NCBI GenBank assembly: GCA_965205265.1
Contig: CBDBGH010000003.1
Span: 2,976,001 to 3,040,000, forward strand
DNA length: 64,000 bases
Direction of reading: 5' to 3'
Source of the DNA: Alphaproteobacteria bacterium
Lineage (GTDB): Bacteria; Pseudomonadota; Alphaproteobacteria; Bin95
The notes under the pieces were generated by a model, which worked only from the letters and a program-made list of their open reading frames with translations, had not been told where the DNA came from and did not search any database. Position numbers and translations under genes: made by a program. This document shows, piece after piece, positions 20,323 through 35,280 of the stretch. The stretch's first letter is position 1. The number at the start of each line of letters is the position of its first letter.

Positions 20323-21966
20323 TCAGCTTGACGACGGCTTGAAGTTCCACGGGAGCAGGTCGTCGATGCGGTCGTTGGGATGGCCGACCGCGATGGCTTC
20401 GAGGGTGGCCTTGAGCCAGGCGTAGGGCTCGACCCCGTTCAACCTGGCGGTCTGGGTGAGTGAAGCGATCCGGCCCCAGGCGACCGCGCCTTCGTCGTGA
20501 CCCGCGAAGAGCGCGTTTTTCCTTGTAAGGGCAATCGGCCGGGCGAGGTTCTCGACGGCATTGCTGTCCATCTCGACGCGGCCGTCGGCGAGGAACAGCC
20601 GGAGGCCGTCCCAGTGACGGGCGATATAGGCGAGCTTCTCGCCGAGGCGGGACTTGGGCGAGATGCGGGCGCGCTGCTGCTTCAGCCAGTCGCCGAAGGC
20701 CTCGACCAGGGGCGCGGAGCGCGCGTGTCGTTCTGCGAGACGTTGCTCGGGCGGGCTGCCGCGGATGTCGGCCTCGATGGCGTAGAGCTCGGCGATCCGG
20801 CGCAGGCCCTCTGCCGCGATCTCGGAGCCGCTGCTGTCGTAGATCTCGCGGAGCCGGCGCCTCGCGTGGGACCAGCAGTAAGCCAGCCGTATCGGCGCGC
20901 CGCCCTTGCGGCTCGGTCCAGTCAGCCGGTTGTAGCCGGCATAGCCATCCACCTGGAGGATACCATCGAAGCCGTCGAGGAAGCGCTCGGCATATTCACC
21001 GCCGCGCCCGGGCGCATAGAAGTACACAACGCCCGGCGGGTCGGGTCCGCTCCAGGCACGGTCGTCGCGGGCCAGCGCCCACAGCCAGCCGGTCTTGGTC
21101 CTGCCGCGGCCCGGATCGAGCACCGGCGCCCGCGTCTCGTCCATGAACAGCTTCGAAGAGCGCTTGAGATGCTCCGCCAGCCGGTCGGCCACCGGTTTCA
21201 GATGGAATGACGCCCTGCCGACCCAGCCGGCCAGCGTCGAGCGGTCCAGATCGAGGCCGGAACGGGCATAGACCTGCGCCTGCCGGTGCAACGGGCAATG
21301 GTCCAGGTATTTGGAGACGAGCACATGGGCGATCGCGCCTTCGGTCGGCAACCCGCCCTCGATCAGCCGGGCCGGCGCCGGCGCCTGGGTGACGCCCTGT
21401 TCGCAGGCCCGGCAGGCGTATTTCGGCCGCACCGTGACGATCACCCGAAGCTGCGCCGGCACGATGTCCAGGCGCTCCGTGCGATCCTCGCCAATCTTCA
21501 CCATCTCCCCGCAGCCGCAGGGGCAGAGCGTGCTCTCCGGCTCGACCACCTGCTCGATCCGCTCCAGATGCTCCGGCAAGTGGCCGATATTGCGCGCCGG
21601 GCGAGGACGCTTCGGCGATTGGGCCGGCGTCGGATCTTCCGGCGCGGCCGCTGCTTCGATCTCCGCCGCCGCGCCCTCAAGGTCCTCGAACGCCAGCTGG
21701 CGCTCGTCCGCCGACAGCTTCTCCGACCTCTTGCCATACAGAAGGCGGATCAGTTCGAGGTTCAGATGTTCGAGACGGCGGATGCGCTCCGCCTGAGCCC
21801 CGTTGCGGTCCGTCAGAACTTCGTTCTCGCCCGCGAGACAGGCCTTCTCTTCCGCCAGCGTCTCGTTCTCGGCGCGAAGCACCTCCAGCGCCGCGATTGC
21901 CTGCACCGCCGCTTCCCGCTGTTCGGGCGTCAGCGTTCCGAGGTCGATCTCCGCAAGGGCCGGCAT
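20323..21966 (-). CDS. tnpC: IS66 transposase TnpC (intact)
   Basis: Complete ORF ending LLPWNFKPSSS. Confidence 0.93.
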   Translation of the reverse strand: MPALAEIDLGTLTPEQREAAVQAIAALEVLRAENETLAEEKACLAGENEVLTDRNGAQAERIRRLEHLNLELIRLLYGKRSEKLSADERQLAFEDLEGAAAEIEAAAAPEDPTPAQSPKRPRPARNIGHLPEHLERIEQVVEPESTLCPCGCGEMVKIGEDRTERLDIVPAQLRVIVTVRPKYACRACEQGVTQAPAPARLIEGGLPTEGAIAHVLVSKYLDHCPLHRQAQVYARSGLDLDRSTLAGWVGRASFHLKPVADRLAEHLKRSSKLFMDETRAPVLDPGRGRTKTGWLWALARDDRAWSGPDPPGVVYFYAPGRGGEYAERFLDGFDGILQVDGYAGYNRLTGPSRKGGAPIRLAYCWSHARRRLREIYDSSGSEIAAEGLRRIAELYAIEADIRGSPPEQRLAERHARSAPLVEAFGDWLKQQRARISPKSRLGEKLAYIARHWDGLRLFLADGRVEMDSNAVENLARPIALTRKNALFAGHDEGAVAWGRIASLTQTARLNGVEPYAWLKATLEAIAVGHPNDRIDDLLPWNFKPSSS

Positions 21967-22424
21967 GGCCAGTCTGGTAGCACAGTGTCGGGACGCGGCA
22001 CGCCCCGATCCGCCCAGTGAGTCATTCGGCCTCAGCCGGGCGCCGTGCCGACAGCGCTCGCACACGGCGCCAGTCCAGCCCGGAGAACAGCGCCTCGAAC
22101 TGCGCATGGCTCAGCGACATCACCCCGTCGCGGATCGCCGGCCAGACAAAGCCCTGGTCCTCCAGACGCTTGTAGACCATCACCAGGCCGGTCCCGTCCC
22201 AGTAGATCAGCTTCAGCCTGTCAGCTCGTTTCGTACGGAACGCTGCGGCGCGACAATCAGCTTGAGACGCTGGCGACAATCAGGATGAGACGGGGGAAGG
22301 CGGCGGCCCGGAACGGAGGGAGGGCGTAGCCCGACCGGAGTTCCGGGCCGCCGCCTCAAAAATTTTTCCTGGACCTTCTGGCGGGGTCGGTCGGCTGGGC
22401 GAACGGTGACGTTTTTCCGAGTAG

Positions 22425-24772
<2,348 letters not shown>

Positions 24773-25167
24773 ACCGCTGCCGCCAGATCGGCCCAGCGGC
24801 CACAACACTCACAGCCCGCGGGAATCGCCTCCGCGGGCCGTCTCTTCTCCGACCCGACGGCCCCCCCGCGACAATCAAAACGCTCTCCGAAAACCCTGTT
24901 TGTCGCGCCGCGACAATCAAAATCCGAAACCGCTTGCAATCCGCGCCCCGCGCGACAATCATCAACTCGCCGATGCCGCCGGGGAATCTCATCCTGATTG
25001 ACGCGCGGCTCTCACCCAGATTGTCGCGCTATAGAACGCGAAGACCGTTCCCGTGAACGGGTCCTTGCGCAATACGCTCTTCACATGCGCAACAAGGCCG
25101 TCGTGCTGCTTCCTGAAGTCCACGGGCTTCGTCGCAACCACGATCCGGACCCGGTTCGATGGGAAGA

Positions 25168-25566
25168 TCATACCGATGCGTTCAACGCCGACACGATCTC
25201 GGCGATCCGGCAAGCCGGTGTCGCGGCGTCCAGACGGAGCGTCACCCGGTCCTGGATCACTTCCAGGCGGTCGCTGCCCGCAGCGGGAACCCGGCGCTCA
25301 TCCTGACGCAAGACCACCGGAGCAAAACCCATCTCGCCCTCCGCAGGCAACACCAGAAGGCCCTTCCGTGCCTGGCGGCGCCATTCCGACAGCTGGTTCG
25401 AGTTGATCTCGTAGCGACGCGCTACCCCGGCGACCGTCGCGCCTTCCTCCAGTGTCTCGGCAACAATCCGCGCTTTCACCGAAGCCGGCCAGCGACGGCG
25501 AAAGCCGCCACGCGCCGGCAACACTTCAACCCTGGCGTTGGTGAGAAGCTCTGCTGAGGGCTCCAA
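25168..25566 (-). CDS. tnpA: IS66 accessory protein TnpA
   Basis: Identical translation to 14019-14417. Confidence 0.88.
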   Translation of the reverse strand: MEPSAELLTNARVEVLPARGGFRRRWPASVKARIVAETLEEGATVAGVARRYEINSNQLSEWRRQARKGLLVLPAEGEMGFAPVVLRQDERRVPAAGSDRLEVIQDRVTLRLDAATPACRIAEIVSALNASV

Positions 25567-26255
25567 TGAGAAATTCCCTTCGTCTCATTCCGAACCCTAA
25601 CTCCCACATCACCAGGCCTGTATGAAGGTGGGGCGCTCGCACCGCATACACTGTTCCTTCTGCTTTGGTGCAAACCAATAATCAATATAGGTGCCAGTTT
25701 CTTCACAATCATCAATCCATGGCAACGTGACCGTCTTAGCGTCAAGCGTTTTCGCCCTTGCCACCAACTCCTCGCAAGCCGATCTTACCCGCGCCTCATC
25801 GACTTGGGTTCCGTTTACCTTGGATATCAAGCACGCCAACGGGTCCAAATCATACCCGATTGCCTTCAGCCCGAGCTTCGCCGCCGTCCCCAATACCATC
25901 CCCGAACCGGTCATGGGGTCCAGCACAACAAAATCTGCTGGTAAATCTCGAAGTCCTTCCAACGCAATCTCAGGAGCCATACGGGCAGGAAACGGATGTA
26001 CGTGGATCATTTCATATCTCTCGAACCATTGACTCTCGTATCTTGTCAAAGATAGATTGACGGCTTACTCGCCTATCCAACACTCCACCTCTACCAGAAA
26101 CCTGATACATAGTCTTGAGCCTTCGCCGCACGACCACACTCCCCTGGCGCTTAAACCCGTCGTCCAAAACTAACCCAAGCTCCTGCATACTAAGTCCTAC
26201 AATACCATCCCGCCCACATATCAAGCACACATAAAAATCTCCATACCGTTGAAGT

Positions 26256-26456
26256 AATTCTCGGTACGTCTCCCGATGAGCTCTCGCAAAATTAAATATC
26301 CATGGCCCTTTTCTCCTTGACGACATCTTCAACCCTATCGGCGTGACGTTGTTCACTAGATAGCAGCCACTACCGCTCTCTCTCAATCTCTGTAACGTCA
26401 CGGGCTCCTCAAAATACTCAAGAAGCAACGCAAAAAATGAACCATGATATCGGGCT
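26256..26456 (+). repeat. 201-bp target-site duplication, left copy
   Basis: Matches 28373-28573 by eye; directly abuts the IS terminal IR. Confidence 0.95.
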
Positions 26457-28372
26457 CCTGACTTCGACGGTTGATTCGCATAAGTAGTTGATATTGCCTG
26501 GTTCTCATTTCGGCTAGGCACTACATCCGGCATTTCTTCGAGCCGTGCTTCGTCGACGGTCAGGCGAGTTGATACGGGGTGATCGTCAGGGGCAGCCCCA
26601 TGGTTGCGTAAATCTGCTCCGCCGCCGGTGTCGGCTTCGAGGGGATGACGTAGCGGTTGCCCGATTGCCGACAGCGCAGCAGGGAGCACTGGCGGTGGAC
26701 GAGGGCGGAGCGGATGACCTCCGGGGACATCCGCCGCTTCTGGATGGCGACGCGGTACGCAAGGTGTCGAACGCAGGCGAAGGCCAGGAAGGCGATGGCG
26801 ATGTGAGCGCGGATCCGGTCCGGGTTCCAGTGCCAGATGGGACGTATCTTCAGGTCGTGTTTGGTGATCCGGAAGCTCTCCTCGACCTGCCAGAGCCCCT
26901 GGTAGTGAGCCATCACTTCGGTGACGCGCGCGTCGCGCAGATTGGTGATGACGCCGGTGAGCCCGTCCCATCGTGCGGCCTCGGCGATCTTCTCCGGGTT
27001 CACCGTGAGCCGTGCGTCGCCCTCGACGGCGATGAAGCGCTTCGCCCCGTGATTGGAGAGCAGTTCCCTGGGATTGTCGCTGCGGGCCAGCCTGTCGAGC
27101 AGGCGTTCCACCTGATGGCGGCGCTCGTGCGCGTCCTTGCGTGCGCGCTGGGGGCAGAAGACGACGATCAGGCGACGGCCCTTGTACTCCCACTCGCCGA
27201 CCCGGCGGTCCTGTGAGCCCTCCAGCGGGGCATAGGTCCCGGGGTCGAGAACCTGCCCCAGCAGCGCGAGCGGCAGCTTGCGCAGCCGCGCGCCGACGAC
27301 ATACTCGCCGCCGATGGCGTCCATGGCGTCGAGGTTGTCGGCGCTCAGCATGCCCCGGTCGGCCACGCATACCGTGCGCTCCACCTGGTGGCGGCGCTGC
27401 ATGTCCTGCAGGACCGGGACCATGCTGTGTCCCTCGTAGGTGGCGCCGGGGAAGACCTCGTAGCTGATCGGCAGCCCTTCGCGCGTCACCATCAGCGCCA
27501 GCAGAACCTGCGAGTCCTTGTGTTTGCCGTCCTTGCTGAAGCCGTGCTGGCGAAGCTCGTCCTCGGCGGCCGTCTCGAAGTAGAGCGTGGTGCAATCGAA
27601 GAAGAGGATCGCGACCGGCTCCGGCAGCAGCGACCGGCTCGCCTCGCCGACGCGCGTGCGCAGTCGCTCGATCACCGTCGCGTCGAGCTGATCCATCATC
27701 CGGTAGACCTTCTCGAGCGGAAGACTCACGCCGAAGTCCTCCTCGAGCCGGCGCACGCTGCCCCGCTTGCTGTCGGGGTTGGCTACCCGCGCCATCACCA
27801 CATGGAACAGCGCGTCATGGGAGGCCCGGTAGCGCGAGCGCGGCAGCAGCGCGTCGAGGCCCAGCAGCCGGTAGATCTCGCCATAGACCTCGTGGATGCC
27901 TGTGATCAGGCGCTGCTCCTCTTCAAGCTGCTTGAGGTCGACCGGGAGTTCCTCCTTGCCGTCCCCCCGGCGGCCGACACGGATCGCCTGCTCAGCGATC
28001 TTCTCGGGCGCAAACAATGCCGGCTGACGCTCGTCCTCCAGCTTCGCCTTGACGTACTCGCCGAGCTGCCTCAGGCGCTCGAGCTCGTCCTCGTCCATGG
28101 CCACGCCGACATGGCGGACGATGCGCTGTCGGACCTTGCCGCCGTCGCGCACGGCCTCGACGATCTGGACCGAGCGTCGCGGGCTGTTGGGGGAGGTCTT
28201 GATGCGCACGAACATGGGGGGAGTGTAGCGCGTGGCGGAGGCATTGACAGTCTCAAAGATTTACTAGGCACTACAACGCAGCTTGACCGCACCGCAACTG
28301 CCAACTCATTGGCTTTACTGAAAACTCCAGACGCGAGATCGGTCAGAAGTCAGCCCAACCGTCGAAGTCAGG
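26457..28372 (-). mobile_element. IS1634-family element copy 1 (1916 bp)
   Basis: 17-bp IRs CCTGACTTCGACGGTTG / CAACCGTCGAAGTCAGG; single transposase gene. Confidence 0.95.
26560..28215 (-). CDS. IS1634-family DDE transposase
   Basis: FFDCTTLYFE, GFSKDGK, VADRGM, Y-x3-W-x-VEESFR-x2-K, IRPIWHW..RIRAH. Confidence 0.93.
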   Translation of the reverse strand: MFVRIKTSPNSPRRSVQIVEAVRDGGKVRQRIVRHVGVAMDEDELERLRQLGEYVKAKLEDERQPALFAPEKIAEQAIRVGRRGDGKEELPVDLKQLEEEQRLITGIHEVYGEIYRLLGLDALLPRSRYRASHDALFHVVMARVANPDSKRGSVRRLEEDFGVSLPLEKVYRMMDQLDATVIERLRTRVGEASRSLLPEPVAILFFDCTTLYFETAAEDELRQHGFSKDGKHKDSQVLLALMVTREGLPISYEVFPGATYEGHSMVPVLQDMQRRHQVERTVCVADRGMLSADNLDAMDAIGGEYVVGARLRKLPLALLGQVLDPGTYAPLEGSQDRRVGEWEYKGRRLIVVFCPQRARKDAHERRHQVERLLDRLARSDNPRELLSNHGAKRFIAVEGDARLTVNPEKIAEAARWDGLTGVITNLRDARVTEVMAHYQGLWQVEESFRITKHDLKIRPIWHWNPDRIRAHIAIAFLAFACVRHLAYRVAIQKRRMSPEVIRSALVHRQCSLLRCRQSGNRYVIPSKPTPAAEQIYATMGLPLTITPYQLA

Positions 28373-28573
28373 AATTCTCGGTACGTCTCCCGATGAGCTC
28401 TCGCAAAATTAAATATCCATGGCCCTTTTCTCCTTGACGACATCTTCAACCCTATCGGCGTGACGTTGTTCACTAGATAGCAGCCACTACCGCTCTCTCT
28501 CAATCTCTGTAACGTCACGGGCTCCTCAAAATACTCAAGAAGCAACGCAAAAAATGAACCATGATATCGGGCT
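28373..28573 (+). repeat. 201-bp target-site duplication, right copy
   Basis: Matches 26256-26456. Confidence 0.95.
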
Positions 28574-28583
28574 GTGTCAGCTA

Positions 28584-30439
28584 TCATCGGCGATTTTGGA
28601 CAAATCTCACTGCCCCACCGTTAATCTTGTAGAACAATCGTGCCTTCCCCTTTCCGTTGTGAAATATTTTTAAATGATGGCGCGCATCCGGTATCTCGCT
28701 TCGACGATACTCATTCGTCGCAAAAATTCCCTTTGTCCTACGTATAGTATTCTTCTCGTGGTCAGTGTATCGGCTTGCGGCTGTTCCAAACCCACTCGGT
28801 CTATGAAACGAAACGCGGTGATTTCCATTCGCGATCTCCTGCTCCAGATATCGAACGACGTATGGTGGAAACTCCTCATCGCTGAACCTAGCACGCAACG
28901 CTTTGAGCATATCCACATCGCTTCTACCATTACGTACAAATAACGCCGACAGCTCAGAGTCGCGGTAATCGAATCGCCGAACGACATCTCTCCGCCTTCA
29001 AAATCAACACTTGATCTATCGATTGACCCCGCCGCGGTGGGTGTCGTCTTGTGATCTGCTAGCCACACAGGCGCCCCAGCACCACTTCGTTGAGCCTCAA
29101 GTGCCAGCTTGTGGAAAGCAAAACATTTGCTCCAATTACCCATAAGTGTCTCCGGTATCCAGAGCTGAAAGTGCTCTTTGTAATCCTTCCTTGTGCCAAA
29201 CATGCGCGCCCTCTGAATATAAGTATCTTGCGAAAATTTTCCCTTGACGGTTCGGGTGAAGTACATTGACAATAAATTCTCAAACGTTACACCACGGGAT
29301 ATAATATTTCCACCTACGCCGAACGAAAATAGGCTAGTTGGTGTCGAAATCTCTGCCACTTTACCTGGATTGGGCCTACTGGAGTTGATCTCCACTACAA
29401 CATTACGATTAATGTTACGAAGCACAAACTCTCCCAGCTTGGTCGCATGTGCGGAAGAAAAAAGTCTGGCGGTGTCGTAGAGTCTTCTGCGCAAGGGCTC
29501 AAAGCGTGCCGACGACGGGGTCGAAAGCGTGGCTAAGGTGGATTGGATCAGGTCGACGTCTTCAGCATGCTCATCGCGCTTTCCGCTTGTATGAACAAGC
29601 ATTGTGAAATTTGATGTTTTCCCCAAATGATGAAGATATGCTACCCCACACAGGAAATGGAGTATGGCATTTTGTATTTCTCCTTTCTCATCTCCTTGGT
29701 CCGCGCTGAAGGTATGCAACCTATACTGGCAAACATTATTTTCTGGGAAGAAGAACTCTTGACCAACATATTCTGGATGGGGCGAAAAATCTACCCACTT
29801 CTCGCTATCATTTTGGAAAGTGTTATTTAGGTTTAGCCTCGCCGGTGTAGCCGTGACACCAATATACTTTCCATCGGAGCCCAAAAGTCGGGAGATTAGT
29901 GAATTGATTTTGGTTTTGTCATGATCTGGCCTGTTCACGTTGCCATCTGGCGAAGCATAATCTGCTTCATCATCGATCACAATTAATCCATGTTCCAGAC
30001 GCAAAAATTCTATCAATTTTTCAAGATCTCTTGCGTTCTTCTTACAGAAAATTACCCAACTTCGGCCTTTCAACTGTCTAGGATCGCTTGGTAGATCACT
30101 AAATTGCTTCGGTGATGGATTAAGTCCGGAAAGTCGAAATCGGGACAAATTTTGGCTCAACAAATCTACACTATCAGTCATCAGATTAATAATAATTGGA
30201 TATCCTTCGTCTAGTAATCTTGCATTCAAAGCTATCATCATTTCAGTTTTGCCGCTTTGAGGTTCCCCAAAAATCACAAGGGAACGCGACCCATCCTGAT
30301 GTACGTTCTGGAATGTTGATCGTATAGCTTCTTCTATTGACGTAGTGTCTATACCCTCTTGCTGCAATTGCTCGATTCGTGTTTCGTATTGCTGAGTACC
30401 CGCGTTTCCAACGATTTTTGACCAATCAACAGTGTTCAT
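28584..30439 (-). pseudogene. Z1-domain SF2 helicase/ATPase-like protein (~618 aa), 1-bp frameshift near 28975
   Basis: GEPQSGKT (Walker A), IDDEAD (Walker B), VTATP, MLVHTS, GGNIISRGVT, QRARMFG; 1856 nt = 619 codons minus 1 nt; the C-terminus continues in the 28584-28916 frame. Confidence 0.85.
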
Positions 30440-30474
30440 AATGCAATCCTTGCTGCTTCTAGTTGTTACCCATC

Positions 30475-30540
30475 CGCCCACTCATCGAATCGGGCTCGAA
30501 GGAGTGGGCGTAGGTTTACGATTGATTCGGCCTATGTCAA
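30475..30540 (-). promoter_or_regulatory. Putative promoter and hairpin upstream of the Z1 operon
   Basis: TTGACA (30540-30535)-N16-TAAACC; inverted repeat CGCCCACTC...GAGTGGGCG at 30475-30510. Confidence 0.45.
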
Positions 30541-32150
30541 ATCCGCCCGTCATAAGCCCGCCAGCCGATCTCCGCGGCGATGATCGTGAAGCGGTCGCGC
30601 GCCAGCGCCGCCTCCAGTTCCCGCGCAAGCCCCGCCCGGTCGCGGACGGCGACGCCTTCGCCGCCGAGGGCGCGGGCGACGGCGGGGAAGTCTGTGGCGC
30701 CGAAGTCCACGGCGAGGTTGGGGAGCTGGGACGAGCGCTGCTTCAGTTCGATCAGGCCGAGCTGCGCGTCCGCGAAGACGAGGATGGGCAGGGGGAGGCG
30801 CAGGTCGCGCAAGGTGGCGAGCTCGCCGAGGACCATCTCCAGGCCGCCGTCGCCCACCGTCGCCACCACCGCGCGCTCCGGCTCCGCCAGCTTGCGCCCG
30901 ATGGCGAGCGGCACCGCGCCGCCCATGGTGCAGAGCCCGGTGGACTGGAGCAGGCCGCGCGGGCGGTGGCACGCGAAGAGCTGGCTCAGCACGATCCGGT
31001 GCGCGCCGCTGTCGGTCGTCACCACGGCGTCGTGGGGCAGCGCCCGGCGGAGCGCATCGACCACCGCCGCCGGGCCCCATTCCTCGTCGAGCCGGCTTTC
31101 CGCATGCAGCGCCGCCTTCGCCGCCGCCGGCTCGCCCTCCGGCCAGGTGTCCTGCGGCGCCACACCCCGGCCGAGCGCCTCCAGCCCCGCGCCGACATCG
31201 CCCGGGAACAGGAGCCGCGCCCGGTGCATAAAGTGGCCGCCCGTGACGGCCGGCAGGTCGATGACGCGCGCGCCCTCAGGCCAGGGATCGCGCCAGCCGA
31301 TACGCATCTCTATCGGGTCGTAGCCGGCGAGCACCACGCAGTCCGACGCCGCCACCAGCGGCAGCAGGCGGCGGTCCGCGCGCGGGCTGAGGCCGGCGCC
31401 GCCGAGCGCCAGCGGGTCGTCCTCCGGCAGCGCGCCCTTCGCCTTGTAGCTCGTTATGAGCGGCGCGCGGAACCGCCGGCAGAAACCCGCGACGGCCGCC
31501 TCCGCGCCCTGGTTCGGCACGTCGAGGCCGGCGATGACGAGCGGGCGGCGGGCCTCCGCCAGCCAGGACCGGGCCTCCTCCAGCGCCGGGCCCTCCGCCG
31601 GGCCGGTCGAGGCGGGCGCGGGCGCCGGGGCCGACGCGGCCTGCGGGGCGGGCTGCTCGCGGGTCTGCACGTCGATGGGGATGTCGAGCAGCACCGGGCC
31701 GGGCCGGCCTTCCGTGGCGATGGCGACCGCCCGGTCGGCCAGCATGGCGGCCATGCCGTCCCCGACGCGGAAGGCGGCCTTGGCGACCGGCTCCACCAGC
31801 CTCGCATGGTCGAGCACCTGGTGGGTGTAGGCGTGTTGCTCGTCGGTGGCGACGCAGCCGGTCAGCACCACCATCGGCACGCGGTCCTGCCAGGCGTTGG
31901 CGATGACGTTCACCGCATTGGCGAGGCCGGGGCCGATGGTGACGACCAGGATGGCCGGCGCGCCGTCATGGTGGTGGACGCCCTCGCCCATGAAGCCCGC
32001 GGCCGTCTCGTGCCGGGCGAGCAGGACGCGGATGCCGGCGCGGTCGAGCGCGTCCATGACCGCCAGAACCTCGCCGCCCGGAATGCCGAAGGCGTAACGG
32101 CAGCCGGCCGCCGCCAGCCGCCGCGCAATCAGGTCCGCCGAATGGGCCAT
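30537..32150 (-). CDS. Thiamine pyrophosphate-dependent enzyme (acetolactate synthase-like family)
   Basis: AFGIPGG, ARHE, TIGPG, TMG, GDGG motifs. Confidence 0.9.
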   Translation of the reverse strand: MAHSADLIARRLAAAGCRYAFGIPGGEVLAVMDALDRAGIRVLLARHETAAGFMGEGVHHHDGAPAILVVTIGPGLANAVNVIANAWQDRVPMVVLTGCVATDEQHAYTHQVLDHARLVEPVAKAAFRVGDGMAAMLADRAVAIATEGRPGPVLLDIPIDVQTREQPAPQAASAPAPAPASTGPAEGPALEEARSWLAEARRPLVIAGLDVPNQGAEAAVAGFCRRFRAPLITSYKAKGALPEDDPLALGGAGLSPRADRRLLPLVAASDCVVLAGYDPIEMRIGWRDPWPEGARVIDLPAVTGGHFMHRARLLFPGDVGAGLEALGRGVAPQDTWPEGEPAAAKAALHAESRLDEEWGPAAVVDALRRALPHDAVVTTDSGAHRIVLSQLFACHRPRGLLQSTGLCTMGGAVPLAIGRKLAEPERAVVATVGDGGLEMVLGELATLRDLRLPLPILVFADAQLGLIELKQRSSQLPNLAVDFGATDFPAVARALGGEGVAVRDRAGLARELEAALARDRFTIIAAEIGWRAYDGRI

Positions 32151-32260
32151 GCCGCCCTCCCCCTCCACGCTTCCGCGCCGCCAGTCTAGGCGGATTCCTT
32201 GCGCGGCGGGGAGCGGCGCCCGGCATCCCGCCTCTTTTGCCGTCATACCCGCCCCAAATC

Positions 32261-32346
32261 GTCATGCCCGGACTTGTTCCGGGCATCTCCCGCCACCGCT
32301 TACGCCGGACGGCCGCATGGATGCCCGGAACAAGTCCGGGCATGAC
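32261..32346. repeat. REP-like palindromic element (family A)
   Basis: GTCATGCCCGGACTTGTTCCGGGCATC...GATGCCCGGAACAAGTCCGGGCATGAC. Confidence 0.92.
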
Positions 32347-32432
32347 GGAGGGGGTGTCCGTTGTATGACGGAGGGGGCGTTCGGACATGATGGAGGGGGA
32401 GTGTCCGGGGTCCGGCCCCGGCCTTGAAAAAA

Positions 32433-32464
32433 TTTCTTGCTTTGTTCCCGGTTCGTAGTAATCT
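32433..32464 (+). promoter_or_regulatory. Putative promoter with imperfect alphaproteobacterial LexA box
   Basis: TTGCTT-N16-TAATCT overlapping TTTC-N7-GTTC-N7-GTAG. Confidence 0.45.
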
Positions 32465-32471
32465 TCCAGCC

Positions 32472-33530
32472 ATGCAGGCGGTGCGGAAGGGACGCGGGGC
32501 GGCGAGCAACCGGAGCGGGCGCTATGAGCGCGCGCGGGCCGAGGCGTTCGACGACGGCTGGGGCACGGCGGCGGAGGAGCCGGCGCCGCTGCGCACCACC
32601 GTCACCGAGGAAGCGCCGCGCAAGATCATCTCCCGCAACGACTCGCCGGATATCGGCTTCGACCGCTCGATCAACCCCTACCGGGGCTGCGAGCACGGTT
32701 GCATCTACTGCTATGCGCGGCCGACCCATGCCTGGCTCGGGCTCTCGCCGGGGCTCGATTTCGAGAGCCGGCTCTACGCCAAGCCGACCGCGCCCGCGCT
32801 GCTGGAGAAGGAGCTGGCGCGGCCGGGCTACCGCTGCGCCGTGCTCGCCATCGGCACCAATACCGACGCCTACCAGCCGGTCGAGAAGCGCTACGCCATC
32901 ATGCGCGCCATCCTCGAAGTGCTGGCCCGCTGCCGCCACCCGGTCTCGATCACCACCAAGTCCGCCCTCGTGCTGCGGGACCGCGACCTGCTGGCGGAGA
33001 TGGCGGCGGAGAACCTCGCCCATGTCACCATGTCGGTCACGACGCTCGACGGGCGGCTCGCGCGCAGCATGGAGCCGCGGGCGTCCTCGCCGGCGCGGCG
33101 GCTGGAGGCGGTGGCCGGGCTGCGCGAGGCGGGCATTCCGGTCTCGGTCAATTTCGCGCCCATCATCCCGGCGCTGAACGACCACGAGATGGAGGCCGTG
33201 CTGGAAGCCGCCGCTGCAGCCGGGGCGCGCAGCGCCGGCTACACGCTGCTGCGCCTGCCGATGGAGATCGCGGACCTCTTCCGCGAATGGCTGGAGGCGC
33301 ATGCGCCGGACCGCGCGGCGCGGGTGCTCTCGCGGGTGCGCGACATGCGCGGCGGGCCGCTCTACAAGAGCGCCTTCCATGTGCGCATGAAGGGCGAGGG
33401 CGCCTGGGCGGAGACGGTCTCGAAGCGCTTCGCCATCGCCTGCCGCCGCCTCGGCCTCGCACGCGGCTACGGCCGGCTGGACGACACCCGCTTCCGCCCG
33501 CCCGGCGCGCAATTGCAACTGGAGCTCTGA
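32472..33530 (+). CDS. PA0069/Rv2578c-family radical SAM protein (SplB-like)
   Basis: KGRGA, DIGFDRSINPYRGCEHGCIYCYARP, GTNTDAYQP, MEPR. Confidence 0.92.
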   Translation: MQAVRKGRGAASNRSGRYERARAEAFDDGWGTAAEEPAPLRTTVTEEAPRKIISRNDSPDIGFDRSINPYRGCEHGCIYCYARPTHAWLGLSPGLDFESRLYAKPTAPALLEKELARPGYRCAVLAIGTNTDAYQPVEKRYAIMRAILEVLARCRHPVSITTKSALVLRDRDLLAEMAAENLAHVTMSVTTLDGRLARSMEPRASSPARRLEAVAGLREAGIPVSVNFAPIIPALNDHEMEAVLEAAAAAGARSAGYTLLRLPMEIADLFREWLEAHAPDRAARVLSRVRDMRGGPLYKSAFHVRMKGEGAWAETVSKRFAIACRRLGLARGYGRLDDTRFRPPGAQLQLEL

Positions 33531-35276
<1,746 letters not shown>

Positions 35277-35280
35277 CGGG

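Larger units (their letters stand above)
26012..28587 (-). pseudogene. 152-aa hypothetical protein (possible nuclease-fold) interrupted by IS1634
   Basis: MIADTARYHGSFF...PWIFNF...VCLICGRDG...; ATG overlaps the Z1 stop (ATGA); removing the IS and one 201-bp repeat gives a 459-nt ORF. Confidence 0.8.

Noticed and set aside
26012-27595. 527-aa ORF as a real gene
   Set aside because: Mostly an alternative frame of the IS1634 transposase; only the last ~147 codons belong to the host gene.
28584-28916. Separate 110-aa gene
   Set aside because: Better explained as the frameshifted C-terminus of the Z1 protein; the frame is open back to ~28975.
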